Position numbers and translations under genes: made by a program. From Xylographa opegraphella (taxonomy: Eukaryota): DNA of 35,237 bases. The stretch covers positions 1-35,237 of the forward strand of contig JALDZX010000108.1 in assembly GCA_022813865.1 (NCBI GenBank). Reading direction: 5' to 3'. How positions within the stretch are numbered: position 1 is the stretch's first letter; every line of letters starts with the position of its first letter. The notes below the pieces were generated by a model. It saw only the letters and a program-made list of their open reading frames with translations, had not been told where the DNA came from and made no database searches. Shown piece by piece: positions 11,476-23,975 of the stretch.

Positions 11476-14400
11476 ATGGCGTCGGACAGTGCAAGCTCGA
11501 TCAGTGTTTGCGTTCGCGTCCGGCCATTCACAGCAAGTCAATAAGCTTCTGGACACAAGATCTGGCCGGCTGACTTTTCCAATAGGTTCGTGAGGCAGCA
11601 CAACTGACACATACGCCCGATGGACCACTGTTTCTCGGCGACGGCTCGCTGGCGGGTGTCCCGACCCCGAAGCTCACACAGAAAGGTTTACGATCAGTGA
11701 TCAAGGTCGTGGATGACAAATGCTTGTAGGGACACCGGGAACTCTACAAGTGCTTCCATGCTGATCTTATTCCAGAGTCTTTGATCCTCCGGAGGACAAC
11801 CCTGTCCACCGCTTTTCTAGGTCAGTGGTTCCAAGTGGAAAGCGTGTCAAGGATCAGACATTCGGATTCGATCGCGTATTCGATGAGAATACAACCCAGG
11901 GCGATGTTTACGAAGCCACCACGAAGAATTTATTGGACAGTGTTTTGGATGGGTATAATGCAACAGTCTTCGCCTATGGCGCAACTGGTTGCGGAAAGAC
12001 ACACACCATCACAGGCACAATACAGCAACCTGGCATCATCTTTCTGACCATGCAGGAGCTTTTTGAGAAAATATCAGAGAGGACCGAAGACAAGGTTACC
12101 GAAATTTCCTTGTCTTACTTGGAAATATACAATGAGACGATCCGTGATCTCCTAGTCCCTGGAGGAAGTAAAGCCACTTTGATGCTAAGAGAAGACGCCA
12201 ATCAGGCAGTCTCGGTCGCTGGACTATCAAGCCATCATCCACAGAACGTACAAGAAGTTATGGACATTATTGTGAGGGGTAATGAGTACCGGACAATGTC
12301 GCCAACCGAGGCCAATGCCACGTCTTCAAGATCCCACGCAGTCCTTCAAATCAACGTGTCTCAAAAAGACAGAAACGCCGATGTCAATGAACCTCATACT
12401 ATGGCAACACTGAGCATCATTGATCTGGCAGGTAGCGAAAGGGCAAGTGCAACCAAAAATAGAGGAGACAGGCTTCTAGAGGGTGCAAATATCAACAAGT
12501 CTCTGCTCGCATTGGGAAGCTGCATCAATGCGTTATGCGATCCCAGAAAGAAAAACCATGTGCCGTATAGAAACTCGAAGCTCACTCGACTTCTCAAGTT
12601 TTCCCTTGGTGGCAACTGTAAGACAGTCATGATTGTCTGCGTCAGTCCCTCTAGTCAGCACTTCGACGAGACTCAAAACACGCTTCGATATGCCAATCGT
12701 GCCAAGAACATTCAGACCAAAGTCACCAGGAATGTATTCAACGTCAATCGCCACGTCAAAGACTTCCTCGTTAAGATTGATGAACAAATTGCAATGATTA
12801 ACGAACTCAAACAACAGCAGAAGGAGTATGAAGCCGTGGCGTTTACCAAGTTTCGAAAGCAGGGCGAAAAACGCGAGGCTATAGCGAGGGAAGGCGTGGC
12901 CAGATTACGAAGTGCCTACGAGAATTCTGCAGCTGAGCGCCAAGAGAAGGTGAATAATATGCGAAAACTTAGGCAAATTGAGAGGAGGATTTCAATGATA
13001 ACATCATGGGTTGCTGCCTTCGATCATGTGTGTGATGCTGAAGAATCAGAAAAAGTGCTGCATAACGTTGCCGCCATGCGTAAGACCGCTCAGGGGATTC
13101 TAGTCGAGTTGGAAAGCAGCAGGCATCATTATCACCAGAGGCTCTCAAAGGCAAACTGGGAACGTGCCATTGACTCTGCTCTACAAAATGGTCTACGCCA
13201 ACTGAAGGAAATAGACGGAGATATTGATGGCTTGGATGCCGCAAATCTGGCACGAGAAGCCGAACTCCTCAAATCCAACGCAGATCGTGAGGCTCTTGTG
13301 AGCGTGGCTGAGCATGAGAAAGGTAGTGACGATGCTATGGCACAAGTGTTTTTGCGAGCACAGTTTGAAACTATGGCCGCTGTGCAAAGTTTGTTTGCAG
13401 TGAGCGAAGAAGAAGCACTGGGATCAGCGAGGAATGTTTTGACACGGATCCTGCAAACTTCAACCACGGTAACATCTCATGTCATCAAGCCGGACAGCAA
13501 AATCGCACCGGTTGAAGTGTTTCCACCAACTCGACTCGGCACCCCCAAACGGAAGAAACAGGTAAACCTGATGGTTGGAGGTACTCCGTTGAAGCCTGTA
13601 CACGCTGCCGTACTTGCGAGTGCGTCTCATCTCCAGACATCTCCTGTACGTGTTACTCCGAAGAGGCGAAAGGTGGGAGGTGCTAAAAAGGGTATATCTT
13701 TCACACCAAAGAAGAAGTCGCCAATTAAAGGACTTAAAAGGGGTGTGCGATGGCGCGATGATACCGACAATGGTGCTCTAGCAGAGTTCGAGAAGACTCC
13801 ACAACGGCCCAAAGAAGAAAGCAGCCCGGTGTCTAACGACCCAAACGCGACATCACCCAGCTTCTCGCCTACTGAAGTTGAACCTCCTCAGGCTCGTTCG
13901 CTCTTAGCAACTTCTGCTCCTATCCTTGCACCACCCAAACCGTCATTTGAAGCCAAGCCAAAGCACAACCGCTTTAAGAACGGCTTCTTGGCGAAGAAAA
14001 CTGACGGTTCGCCATTACCCCCAACTCTAACAAGCCTTTCGTCGGATTCGGATGACTCTCCACTTCGTGATTTGGAACCAAGTAGAGCTGGCAATCGACC
14101 TTCGCCGCAGCACATTATGACAACAGATCAAAACCTTGTACCAACCGAAAGTGGAGCAAATTCAGGTTCGGAACTGGACGATAGGTGGCAAGGCAACAAG
14201 CTTGATGCAATGACGATCAAGAAGGCCATGAGACGGGCATCTTCAATCGCTCCCTCGACCAACAGCTCCGCGATCCGTGCTCAGAGGCGCCGAAGTCCCA
14301 TGGGTACAAGTTCTGGGAGCCCGCCGAATGAAAACTCCATGTTCACAGCGTCGCATGCTCGTCGGATGGTCAGGAGTGAAAAGGAGAACGACTGGAGAGT

Positions 14401-14593
14401 CAATATACTGAGCCCTCGCACAGCCCCGGTGGTCAAAGGGGCGAGCCAACGCAGGACTACAATCAACGACGCCCGACCCAAGGAAGCGCGCTCAAGAAGC
14501 AGGGAATCAAGTTTACGATTGAGCAACGCGGTGACAAGTAGTGGGGGGAGCATGAGAGGTAGTCTCATGGTGGGCAAAGGGACGTGGAGATAG
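11476..14593 (+). CDS. kipB: Kinesin-8 family motor (KipB/Kip3/Klp5-6-like)
   Basis: Exons 11476-11532, 11586-11725, 11776-14593. N-terminus MASDSASSISVCVRVRPFT, P-loop GATGCGKT, NATSSRSH, DLAGSE, HVPYRNSKLTRLLK, then a coiled coil and a basic Ser/Pro-rich tail. The first intron is GC-AG. Confidence 0.93.
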
Positions 14594-15196
14594 GTCTTCG
14601 GTTGTTGCTTTGCTTTTCCGTCATGTAACAACAGGATGGGTCACGAATCATTGGGCGACGTTGAAGGAGAGAGACGAAAGCAACGAGTGATTGGAAAGCG
14701 CCCATTCGCAATTAGCTATGCAGACAAGCCAGAGCAAGAGCTCGAAGCAATCGCATTCTTCCAATTGTGTACTACACTTACCAGGGTATCATGTATTTCA
14801 GTATTTATCGTCCCTTCATGAATTCGTGCCTCAATCAAACTTGTATTGAGTAATTTGTCACTCTTGATATGAGATAGACTGCATTGGATTCTTCCAAATG
14901 CTGCTCTTAGATTAACAAGTCTCAGGATAAGTTAGCCCTAAAGAGCCGCCACACCGCGCATGGTGGCTGGTGCGTAGCCTAGTGTGATTTGTCACGACCC
15001 CGCCACGACATTTATGTCATCGATTTATAGTAGACTATTTGGAAGCTATTGTGTGAGCAATGCAATAAGACACCAAAAACTCCTCCTCGTCTTCAGAATA
15101 ATCAGACGACTTGCTCACCAAAAAAATTCCCACAATCAAACCATCACCCTGAAGCTCTCCCCCACAGCCCTCGTCCTCGCCGTCCTCACCGTCCTC

Positions 15197-15878
15197 ATGG
15201 CAAGCAGCATGCCTTTCCTGAACCGGCTCCTCCGCCCCTTCACCACCTCGACCCACCTCTCGCTCAACCCCGAAGCGGCCGCTCAGAACTTCCCGCCCAA
15301 CGCGCAGAAATGCACCGTCGCCGCAGGCTGCTTCTGGGGCGTCGAGCATCTGTTCCGGAAACACTTCGACGGCAAAGGGCTCCTGGACGCCCGCGTCGGA
15401 TATATCGGTGGCGACAGCAAGAACCCCAGCTACCGAGCCGTGTGCTCCGGCCGGACGGGACGTAAGTGATCCCTTCATTTTTGCGCATGATGCGTGACTT
15501 TGCTGACCTGACCGTGCGCGCGTAGACGCCGAGTCCTTGCAGATGACCTTCGATCCCGCTCAGCTGTCCTACGGCACGCTGCTGCAGTTCTTCTACAAGA
15601 TGCATGACCCGACCACGAAGAACAGGCAAGGCATGGATTCCGGCACGCAGTACCGCTCCGCGATCTTCTACCACAACGAAGAGCAGGAGAGGGAGGCGAG
15701 GGATATCACCGACAAGGCCCAGAAGCAGTGGTGGAAGAGCGGCACCATCTCGACGGAGATCCTGCCGGCGGGCGAGTGGTGGGATGCGGAGGCGTATCAC
15801 CAGCTCTATCTCGAGAATAATCCGGGAGGGTACGAGTGCCCGGCGCATTATGTGCGCTCGTTCCCACCGCTGTCGTAG
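15197..15878 (+). CDS. msrA: Peptide methionine sulfoxide reductase A
   Basis: Exons 15197-15461 and 15526-15878. Motifs [20 protein letters not shown] (across the intron), [19 protein letters not shown] and AEAYHQLYL. The N-terminus [10 protein letters not shown] resembles a mitochondrial presequence. Confidence 0.95.
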
Positions 15879-16312
15879 TGGGTGAGATTGCTTGTTTTGT
15901 ATACCATGCTGGAGATTGCAAGTTATGATAGCGAAGTCAAACTTTGCGTGTATGCCTAGGCAGTGTGCTGCGAAGTGAAAGTAAAGTGGCTTCCGATGCC
16001 ATCGTGTTTGCCCTCTCATCCTCTACAGTGAGTGATTAGATCTGTTGTAAAGGCAAATACGGTATTGAAGACGCCGTCAATATCGAGGATGTCACTTTGA
16101 TGTGGAACAGTGCAGAATGTTCCTGTTGACTTTCTTCATGGAGAGCCAATGTCAGGCTGTAAGATATTATGTACAGTAATATAATACGGAGACCTGCCCG
16201 GCTGTATAGGTATGACACAAGGCCCTTTCAAAGCGACCAATCATTGCCTGATATGAACTCGTATCGAGAAGCTCAGAGATCATAGTACTTGACATACGCT
16301 CCAGCGTTCGCC

Positions 16313-17061
16313 TTACGGACAAGCTACAGGCAAGATGCCGATGTTGAGGTTGGGCACACCCTAAAGTAGTTCAGCTGTCTGTCTTTTTCCTGAGATATGC
16401 GTAAGGCAATCATACCCAATCGAAGTCGACACCCGTGAGCGCCGCATAGGCACTCTGATCGACGTCCATGGAGTTCATTTTAGGATTACCGCATCGCTCA
16501 TTGCTCGGAACTTCTGTCTTGCAGTAATTCCAAGCGCTCACTGAGGGACAGCTGTCGATGATCTGCACGATCACGGAGTTCCCAATCCCGCCTATTGCGG
16601 AGCCGGCGAAACCACCAAGATTGGTCACCCGATAACAAAGACCGCAGTTCGAGGTAGGGCAAGCTGGGGCCTCGTAGCTTGCTACGGGAGCCTCGTTCTG
16701 ACAATTCGTCATATCGATGTTGGCAAAACATAGTCCTCCGGATATATCGGGACTGATGTCGCCGGCGGCGGCACCGTAAGTTCCATTCATACCTGGTGAA
16801 AGCATAAGCATGAGTGACGGGGAAATACCGAATTGAGTAACGTAGACAATTTATAGGTTTGACAAAGGTCTTGTGTGGCTTAAAACACGATTAGATGCAC
16901 AACCAGTGCTTACCTGCCATGGGACCACAAACAGTGCTAGATTGGGCGGCATAGTCGTTGAATGTGGCAACTCCAGAAAAATTAGCATTGCGGTAGCGAA
17001 GGCCCGGCAGCGCTGCTGTGGCACAGCCAGCAAACATAAATGAAAGTAGTAGAACAAACAT
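16313..17061 (-). CDS. Small secreted Cys-rich double-psi beta-barrel protein (barwin/GH45/expansin-like)
   Basis: Exons 17061-16914, 16792-16416, 16360-16313. Signal peptide MFVLLLSFMFAGCATA, then ATFNDY..VCG, CGLCYRVT, IVQIIDSCP and MDVDQSAYAALT, ending NIGILPVACP*. Confidence 0.75.
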
Positions 17062-18812
17062 AGCGAAGGTCTAAATTATAAAGCAGAAAAGAGGGTGGGC
17101 ATCACTAGGAGCCTCGAACCGTCATCGCCAATGACTGGAAAGAGTGGAAGGACGGGGGTTTATAGAAGCAGCTGCAGCGGGCCATCCCCAAAAGAATAGC
17201 CATTGTTTCAAAATGTATTCGGTGTGCCGTGTTCCATATCAGCTTCCAGTGGGTTGCTTATCTTTCGGTCGCTGCACGCGGGAAGGAAAGGTAATGTTCA
17301 TTCCGAACGAATGGAGAAACCACTTGCAATATATTCCGTGCCGTGTTCTGGCTCGATTGTCCAACATGCATCACATATTGATGGAGGATAGCTTATGCAC
17401 GGGAATATTCGCGAACATCGGTCTGGCGCGTCAATAAAACTTCAAGACAGGTGACGCTTAACAAGCCATCTGTCCACACGAGAGATTGGCCGATGCAACA
17501 TTCGCCAAACACCTCTACTACACCATGCCTGACACTGGACGCTGTCTAAACATGAGGAGTGCTTGAGTCATGTGTCTCGATGCAGCTCTTCTCGACAACA
17601 GGGGAAGGGACATGAGGTGAAGATAGAAATGTGAGTATAGAGCATTTCGGACAGGTAGTAATGGAGTGGACGTAAGCAGGATTAGAAGGTGCACCCAGCA
17701 AAGCGGCTGGCAATGATGATCACCTTCGATTCAAGGACGGGTTCCATCAAAGCCGTGCAGAAGCGACAAAGCAGTTTGACGAGCCCTCCAACTGAAGCTC
17801 GAGGAGGGCCTCGGCGTGGCCAAAGTCAAAGAAGCGCAAGACATGAAGCAGAGGACCGGAAACTTCTCGGGACAGCACGTTTCGACGGAAGCGCCTGATA
17901 CTGCACTTCTGAGAACCTTACTCCGTACCAAAGATTCCAATTCGCGGTCAATGGAGCGGCTGAAGTGAGCCGGCGACGTCGGACCAGGTCTGCTGTATAG
18001 ACTAGTTAGCTCCGCTAAATACAAGCAAGTAGCACGCTGAAGACAGGGGGCTCGGGGGCCTGCAGAGGCCCGATTATGCTTGATTTGCACCTAAAGCTGG
18101 TGGGGGTGACACCAATGGTACCAGTCGTGGCCCCTGGACTATCGCTAAACCCACGCCAAACTAGGTGGCCAGAGCATTTCTATTGACTCTATAAAGCGAT
18201 TCTGAATATCTTATGTGTGACCATCACATATGACAGTCGAGTTGATAAATCAACTATTTTCATTGGATGACAATTGATGCTTCTCGTGGTTCCTTTCGCG
18301 AAGCCTTTGTTGAGTGGCTATTTTCTCCCTTCCACCTCCAAACCATGGTCCTATTCTTGCAATTACGAAGGGCTTAATTTCTTTGTTACTCGCCATATTG
18401 GCTACCTTAATCATTGGCGATAATACTTGATTGTTCTTTTCTTGTTATCTATAGACTAAGCTCTAACAGCGCCACGGCTTTCTCAATTACTCTTTGTTTC
18501 TGTGGCGAATTTCAAGCCCAGAGGGTCCAGATGTCTTCACACAGGCCCAATGGCTGTATTCACTGCTCGTGGAAGGCACTCGTTGCATGTATTTAATGCC
18601 ATGCATCCCCTGGGTCCCCTAGCATTACTCGATTTAAGCAACCGGTCGTTCAAGACTTATCACCGTCACTCCTTTAGTTCTTACGTTTATACACACTCGT
18701 TTTGGCTCCTACTCTGCCACACACACTCGCGTTAGCATTGAAGATTCAATATTTTTTACTCCAAAACAGCCATAATTTCTGATTACCATACATATCCTCA
18801 ACGCGCTTCAGA

Positions 18813-20085
18813 ATGCGCTCAGCTTTGGTCTGGTCGGCCTTTCTAGCTATTACTGCCGCCTCTCCAATCGCAAACCCAGCTCCTCAGATCATTGATATTA
18901 ATGGCATCAATGTGAGTAGAATCCTGATACAGAAAGGAAGGACTTGCTAAATCCAATTAGGCTGCTGACTCCCCAGTGCCGCAAGGCCCTTCTGTAGGTG
19001 TTGCCGTCCAGACACCGACCTACAACCCGACAGTGGCAGCTGCTTCGGCTTCTGCCAACGCAATTGCTACCCCAGTCGCTGCTGCTGCCGCTTCTCGTCA
19101 TGTAGTCCGAGACGTAGATGCACAGTGTGGGCAACAGCCACCGGGATCCGGAAACGTCTCTGTCCCTGACACCCCCCAGGGATTTCTTAAGGACAAAAAC
19201 TATACTGTGAGTTATGCTTGCATCGAGGGTCTGTTATATATATTGACGGCTATTATACAATTGCTGGTAAAGCCATCACACCTGGAGGCTATACCAAATC
19301 GTTCTCTAACCTCCAGGCCTCGATCAACCAGAACGGCTACCTCGGCCTCTACACGTTGACCAGCTACGATACCATGAAATGTCAAGAGCTTTGTGATTCT
19401 GTGGATTCATGTATCGCCTTCAACATCTACATCGAGCGGGACCCGACTGTGAAGCCAGTGAGTAGCCGACAAAGTTCGAAATAAGCATGTGCTAATATGA
19501 TAAAAAGGCTCCCGGCTGTGCCAATCCGCCCAGCACTGTCAACTACAAGTGTACTTTGTATGCCAACCACGTCAGCTCCGCCAGTGCCACCAACACTGGC
19601 GAATATCGTCAAAAACTCCAAGTCGTCATCGCAGGTTCCAATGGCTACAACAAGAATGCCGCTCCTCCATCGTACGGCAACTTCACCGGTCCTATAGAGC
19701 TTGCGGGAGCAATTAAAGCCCCAGACTCAAGCTACATCGGGTTCAAGTTCTTCCCTGGCGGCTACGTTCCCAGTCTATGTGCTGCTGCATGCCAGGCCAC
19801 TACCACATTTGACCGTGAAACCGCCTCAAATGGGACTTATGCACCATGTGTAAGTAGCTTTCGATCCGTGTCGACCGATCGGGCATAGCTGACAATAACA
19901 TATAGAACTTCTTCAATTCATACGTCATCTCCATCGACAACGCGCCTCAAGGAACATACTGCGCTATGTATACCAAGGCATGGGGAAAAGCGTATAGCAC
20001 TAACTATGGCCAGTACCGCGGATCTCAGTATTAACGTCAGAGCTTCGGGTATACGCTCGATGTTCAGGATCCGGGACGGGTCTGA
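18813..20085 (+). pseudogene. Secreted Cys-rich (PAN/apple-like carbohydrate-binding) protein gene, apparently damaged
   Basis: Signal peptide MRSALVWSAFLAITAASP. Exons 18813-18911, 18961-19206, ~19257-19457, 19508-19849, 19906-20034/20085. Motifs YDTMKCQELCD..CIAFNIYIERDP, VVIAGSNGYNK and CNFFNSY. Intron 2 lacks a frame-compatible AG acceptor, and TAA at 20032 interrupts a coding-like frame that continues to TGA 20085. Confidence 0.6.
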
Positions 20086-20694
20086 TTGTGCGCTGTAGTC
20101 AATGCGAGTGCTGGAGGTAGAGTTCAGGGAGGGTTGAGAATAGGGGCTGTGATGAAGCCGTTAGGGTATATATGGGGAAGAGCCATTGTCAGAACCAGGG
20201 AATAGGGACGTTCATAATCAAATTAATGGTGTTGTTAATGTTTGAAGGATTCTTACTTCCAATCGAATGGGAGACTTCAGCCGCTGGTTCACATCCTTGT
20301 GATAAATTTCCAGTCCTTGACGGACATGGAGGTACGCCTTGATGTAAGTTTGTACACACCGGGAGCCTTAGGTAGTCAGCTGCAGTCTGTTAGTGCGGAT
20401 ATTGGTCGCACAAATCTCATGGGTTGGTCGAGAATCAATTGTCAGGTCGGTTGGTTGTGTTCCCGAAAATCTAGCTGTCGTCATCTTTCGGAGCAGCTTA
20501 TTCGTATGCTATTTCACTTCACAAGACTTCAAAATGTTGAGACCACGATTAAATTATACAAGTGCAGGACTAGTAAGCGATGAAAGTATGATATGTTTAT
20601 GGAGTTTGGAACAGCATCGCAAGTTCACATCCAGGAGGCGTATCGAACGAGAACAGAAAGCACGAGATTGAAGTTTTTGATGGCGTTGATTATT

Positions 20695-21204
20695 CTACTC
20701 TTCTTCGTAGCTCGGCATAACGACGTCCCAGTCACTGTCCTCCATGTCGAGATCATCGCTGTCTTTCTTCGCATCCACACTTCTGAACTTGAAAGCCAAC
20801 AAAGAACCATCTCTTAACCCAGCCCCTACAGGACTAGCATTGAGGACGCTCTTCTTGCCGCCCACCGTCTTCTTGCTTCCTGTCTCGTCTTCCAGTTCCA
20901 TGGCGGGAATGTCCAAGCCTACCCAACCCTTGCTCGGATCATTTTTGTCAATTGGAAGCCCCAAGACAATATCCTGCGCATCAGACGGTAGCGATCGCTG
21001 ATTGATTTCAGTGTAGCCCCTTTCTTTCAGCGCGTCGAGCAAATCGGCTTTGATGGAACTGAATGATTGAGTCTGCTCCACAAAGAGCAGGACGGTGACT
21101 TTGTGTTGCTTAAATCGTAAGGTCCATAACTGAGGATTGGGATCCTTGGTAGGCTATGTCCGAGTCAGTCACTGCGCTCGAGGCAAGATTGAGCTACTCA
21201 CCAT
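20695..21204 (-). CDS. Small hypothetical protein, probably conserved in fungi
   Basis: An ATG-only first exon (21204-21202) and a GTGAGT..CTGAC..TAG intron (21201-21154) lead into PTKDPNPQLWTLRFKQHKVTVLLFVEQTQSFSSIKADLLDAL...SPVGAGLRDGSLLAFKFR...WDVVMPSYEEE*. Confidence 0.75.
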
Positions 21205-21507
21205 TGTGTTTCACACGATGATGCTCTCGGACGGGTGCAGACGCGACGCGATGAACACCAAGACCGCGTCAATTGCGTCAAATAATAGAGTTTCGCTGTA
21301 TCAGGCAAAGCCGCAACACTCCCTTTTGAGAACGCACTATTCTGTGTAAGCCGTTAGCTAAATGTCGGTGCGACGATCACTTCGTACAGATATTCCAATC
21401 TCGATTAAATTTGTCCAATGATGAAAACGACATGCGTGAGTGTTATCCGTAAGATATGAGAATTCCACTGGACGTCTGATGCATTTGGGCACTGCACACA
21501 AGTCATA

Positions 21508-22130
21508 ATGGCCGCTCCTTTGGTTGACCATGCATCGGGTGCCAGTACTTCACGCTTGTCGTTACCCTTTCAAATCCGCCTTCTTGCTACGACAGCTACG
21601 GGTTTTTTTGCTGGCTCGTTTCTTGGTGTTTCATATGGAAGTCAAACCGCGGGACTGCGCTTCCGGGCTGAAAACGCACATAGACTTCCTACTTCATCTA
21701 CTGGTTGGTTTCTCTACCACAAAAGCAAGAACTACCATATGATGTTGGGGGCGATAAAAGAGGGGCTGAAGATGGGAAGTAAGGTGGGCTTCTGGGTCGG
21801 GGGCTTTTTTGTTGTGGAAGAAGCTATCGATCGAGTCAGAGGCGGACGAGCAGACTTCCTATCAACTGTGGTTGCGGGACTAAGCGTTGCCGGTGGCTTC
21901 AGTGCTTGGCGTGAGCAGAAACTACCTATTACGGCGTGGCCAGCTTTTGACTAATATCATCAGATCGATTTCCACTCATCACTGCGACCAGGACTGCTAG
22001 GATCGGTCTGCTGAGTGGGCTGGCATTTGGCTTGACCGAGGATGCCCTGGGTCTGGTCAAAGGACGACGACCATTTTATGTGGATTTTATTCTTGGCTCG
22101 AGAGATGCGTCCGAGAAAGATGTGATTTGA
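21508..22130 (+). CDS. Tim17/Tim22/Tim23-like Gly-rich membrane protein
   Basis: Exons 21508-21910 and 21964-22130. Gly-rich helices, LRFRAENAHRLP..GWFLYHKSKNY, EEAIDRVRG..DFLSTVVAGL and a C-terminal GLAFGLTEDAL segment. Confidence 0.7.
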
Positions 22131-22578
22131 CGTCACGAATAAACCACAAAGCTTCAGTATGGGCTCATCCTGCGACTTTTCGGATTTATCATGCTTCGAG
22201 GCTTAAGGAGACTTGGGGCATTTTGAGAGTCATTTGAGAACAGTGGCCGGACAGAGTCTTCTTTGTTGACTCGAATCGACTTTTTATACGCAAAATGACA
22301 CATGAAGGAATCCAAAGAACTCGATGTGTCATTCATAAATGCCTACTTAATATTCTCCACTTTCTGCATTCTTTCCCACATCTTCAAGACCTCTAATAAG
22401 CTTCGACTCTTGAGAAGCACCTTCAATAGCTCTATCGGTATTGTATCTTCACATCTGTAGCCGAACACTTATCTACTATCTTCCTAATCAGCCCAATAAG
22501 TCTGTCGCTGACATCGGGCGCGACAAAGGTTGTTCAATAACTTCTTCTGTTACTCGGAACGCCACACCACTTGAAAGT

Positions 22579-23268
22579 ATGAGCAGCGCCTTCAGCGGCT
22601 CGTTCGGCAAGAAATCGCACAGAGCTTCAGATAGAGCAGCGGCTCATGATCAACAACTTATTCTTCACGGTTCGGGTAGACGTGGTACCAGTCAAGCTCT
22701 GATCAAGCGTGAGCCCAGGCATGCTGATCAAGAGCCCGGCCCATCCCAAGGGTATCGTGGCCGTGGCAGCCGAGAAACAGCAAATGAGCAAGAGATTAAT
22801 TCGATCGGGCGCTTCCGTGTAGTGAAGTGGACGGATCTCCTCCCCGCTCATTGGGCAGTTCTCGTATTCAAATTCGAGATGTCAGTTCCAGAGTTAAAAT
22901 ACCACTTCGACACTGGTAAAGTGCGGTGGGACACTATGTCCATTTGCAAATGGGACTTTGAACTCATGTATCCTCACTTTCCCCCAGACGTCGTGCAACG
23001 TGTCAGAACTTTTAACGAGTCAGCTGCAAGGCACGCGCAGCAAATGAAGGAACAAAGGATGGAGGGACTTGGCCGGAGGGGAGGAAGGATCAGCGATATT
23101 GGTCTCGAATCAGATCACCAGCCCTACGGACCAGCTGCTCGGCCACAAAATCGCGGGGATGATATGCACAACGCTTTTTGTCAATGTACGATGTGCAAGC
23201 AGTGGAAAAGGGAGTGGTGGCAAAGGGAGATGTGGCACAGAGAGCGAATAGGACAACGTGGCTTGTGA
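22579..23268 (+). CDS. Orphan hypothetical protein (229 aa from ATG 22579)
   Basis: Long uninterrupted ORF in an otherwise intergenic gap, with a putative 5'-UTR intron at 22438-22528 (GTATTG..GCTGAC..AAG). No family recognised. Confidence 0.5.
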   Translation: MSSAFSGSFGKKSHRASDRAAAHDQQLILHGSGRRGTSQALIKREPRHADQEPGPSQGYRGRGSRETANEQEINSIGRFRVVKWTDLLPAHWAVLVFKFEMSVPELKYHFDTGKVRWDTMSICKWDFELMYPHFPPDVVQRVRTFNESAARHAQQMKEQRMEGLGRRGGRISDIGLESDHQPYGPAARPQNRGDDMHNAFCQCTMCKQWKREWWQREMWHRERIGQRGL

Positions 23269-23975
23269 GATTTCGCATGCTCAACCGATGGTAAACGGAG
23301 GCTCGCCCTAGCACAACACATCCTGTCGGTGCTGAGAAGTCCATACGCTATAGACACTGATGACTGTGGTTGGATATCTTGACTTCGCGGCATGCATTTT
23401 ACACTAAATCTGTCTCTTGATGAATGTGAAAGTCCTTTGTGGCGTGCTTCATGGAAAGTGTCCATCTCCTGTACGATTTGCACGTGAAGCTATGTACATC
23501 GTGGAAGTGACTCCGAATTCATGCTACAAGATACCAGTGCTCGAAGACATTCGTCTGCGTCGACTGCGCCTGCATCGTGAGTATCACAGAATGGGACCAG
23601 CATCACTGAAGATAGCAGGTACACTACTCTTTCAGCTGATCATGTTGGATAGCCTGATATTATTGTTAGTGGCCCGCTTGACCAAGTCAACCTTATCATT
23701 CCGCCTGTCCTCGGTTTTTGCTTCTTCATCTGCCTCGTCTGCGTACGAAGCGAGGAAGGGACTTGCGCGTCGGTCGATCTTGCATCCGGTGCCGGTGGCT
23801 TCGTCCTCACGTGATAGCTCCATTTCTCGAACTTTCCGCTCACCGCACGCGGGCAAACAATAATACGGAGGCGATTTGTGAAGCTCTGCGGGTCATAATC
23901 ACTCCATCGTCCCTTTGTTCATATAACCATATCTTTGAACACTATTTTCTGTATCGAAAGCACTTCCATCTCGAT

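Noticed and set aside
17689..18090. Short ORFs in the gap between the two secreted-protein genes
   Set aside because: There is no consistent start or splice structure and no motif. A decayed gene cannot be excluded but is not supportable.
23417..23863. Overlapping 67-148 aa ORFs upstream of the BI-1 gene
   Set aside because: They occur on both strands with non-ATG starts and no domain signal; probably promoter or UTR.
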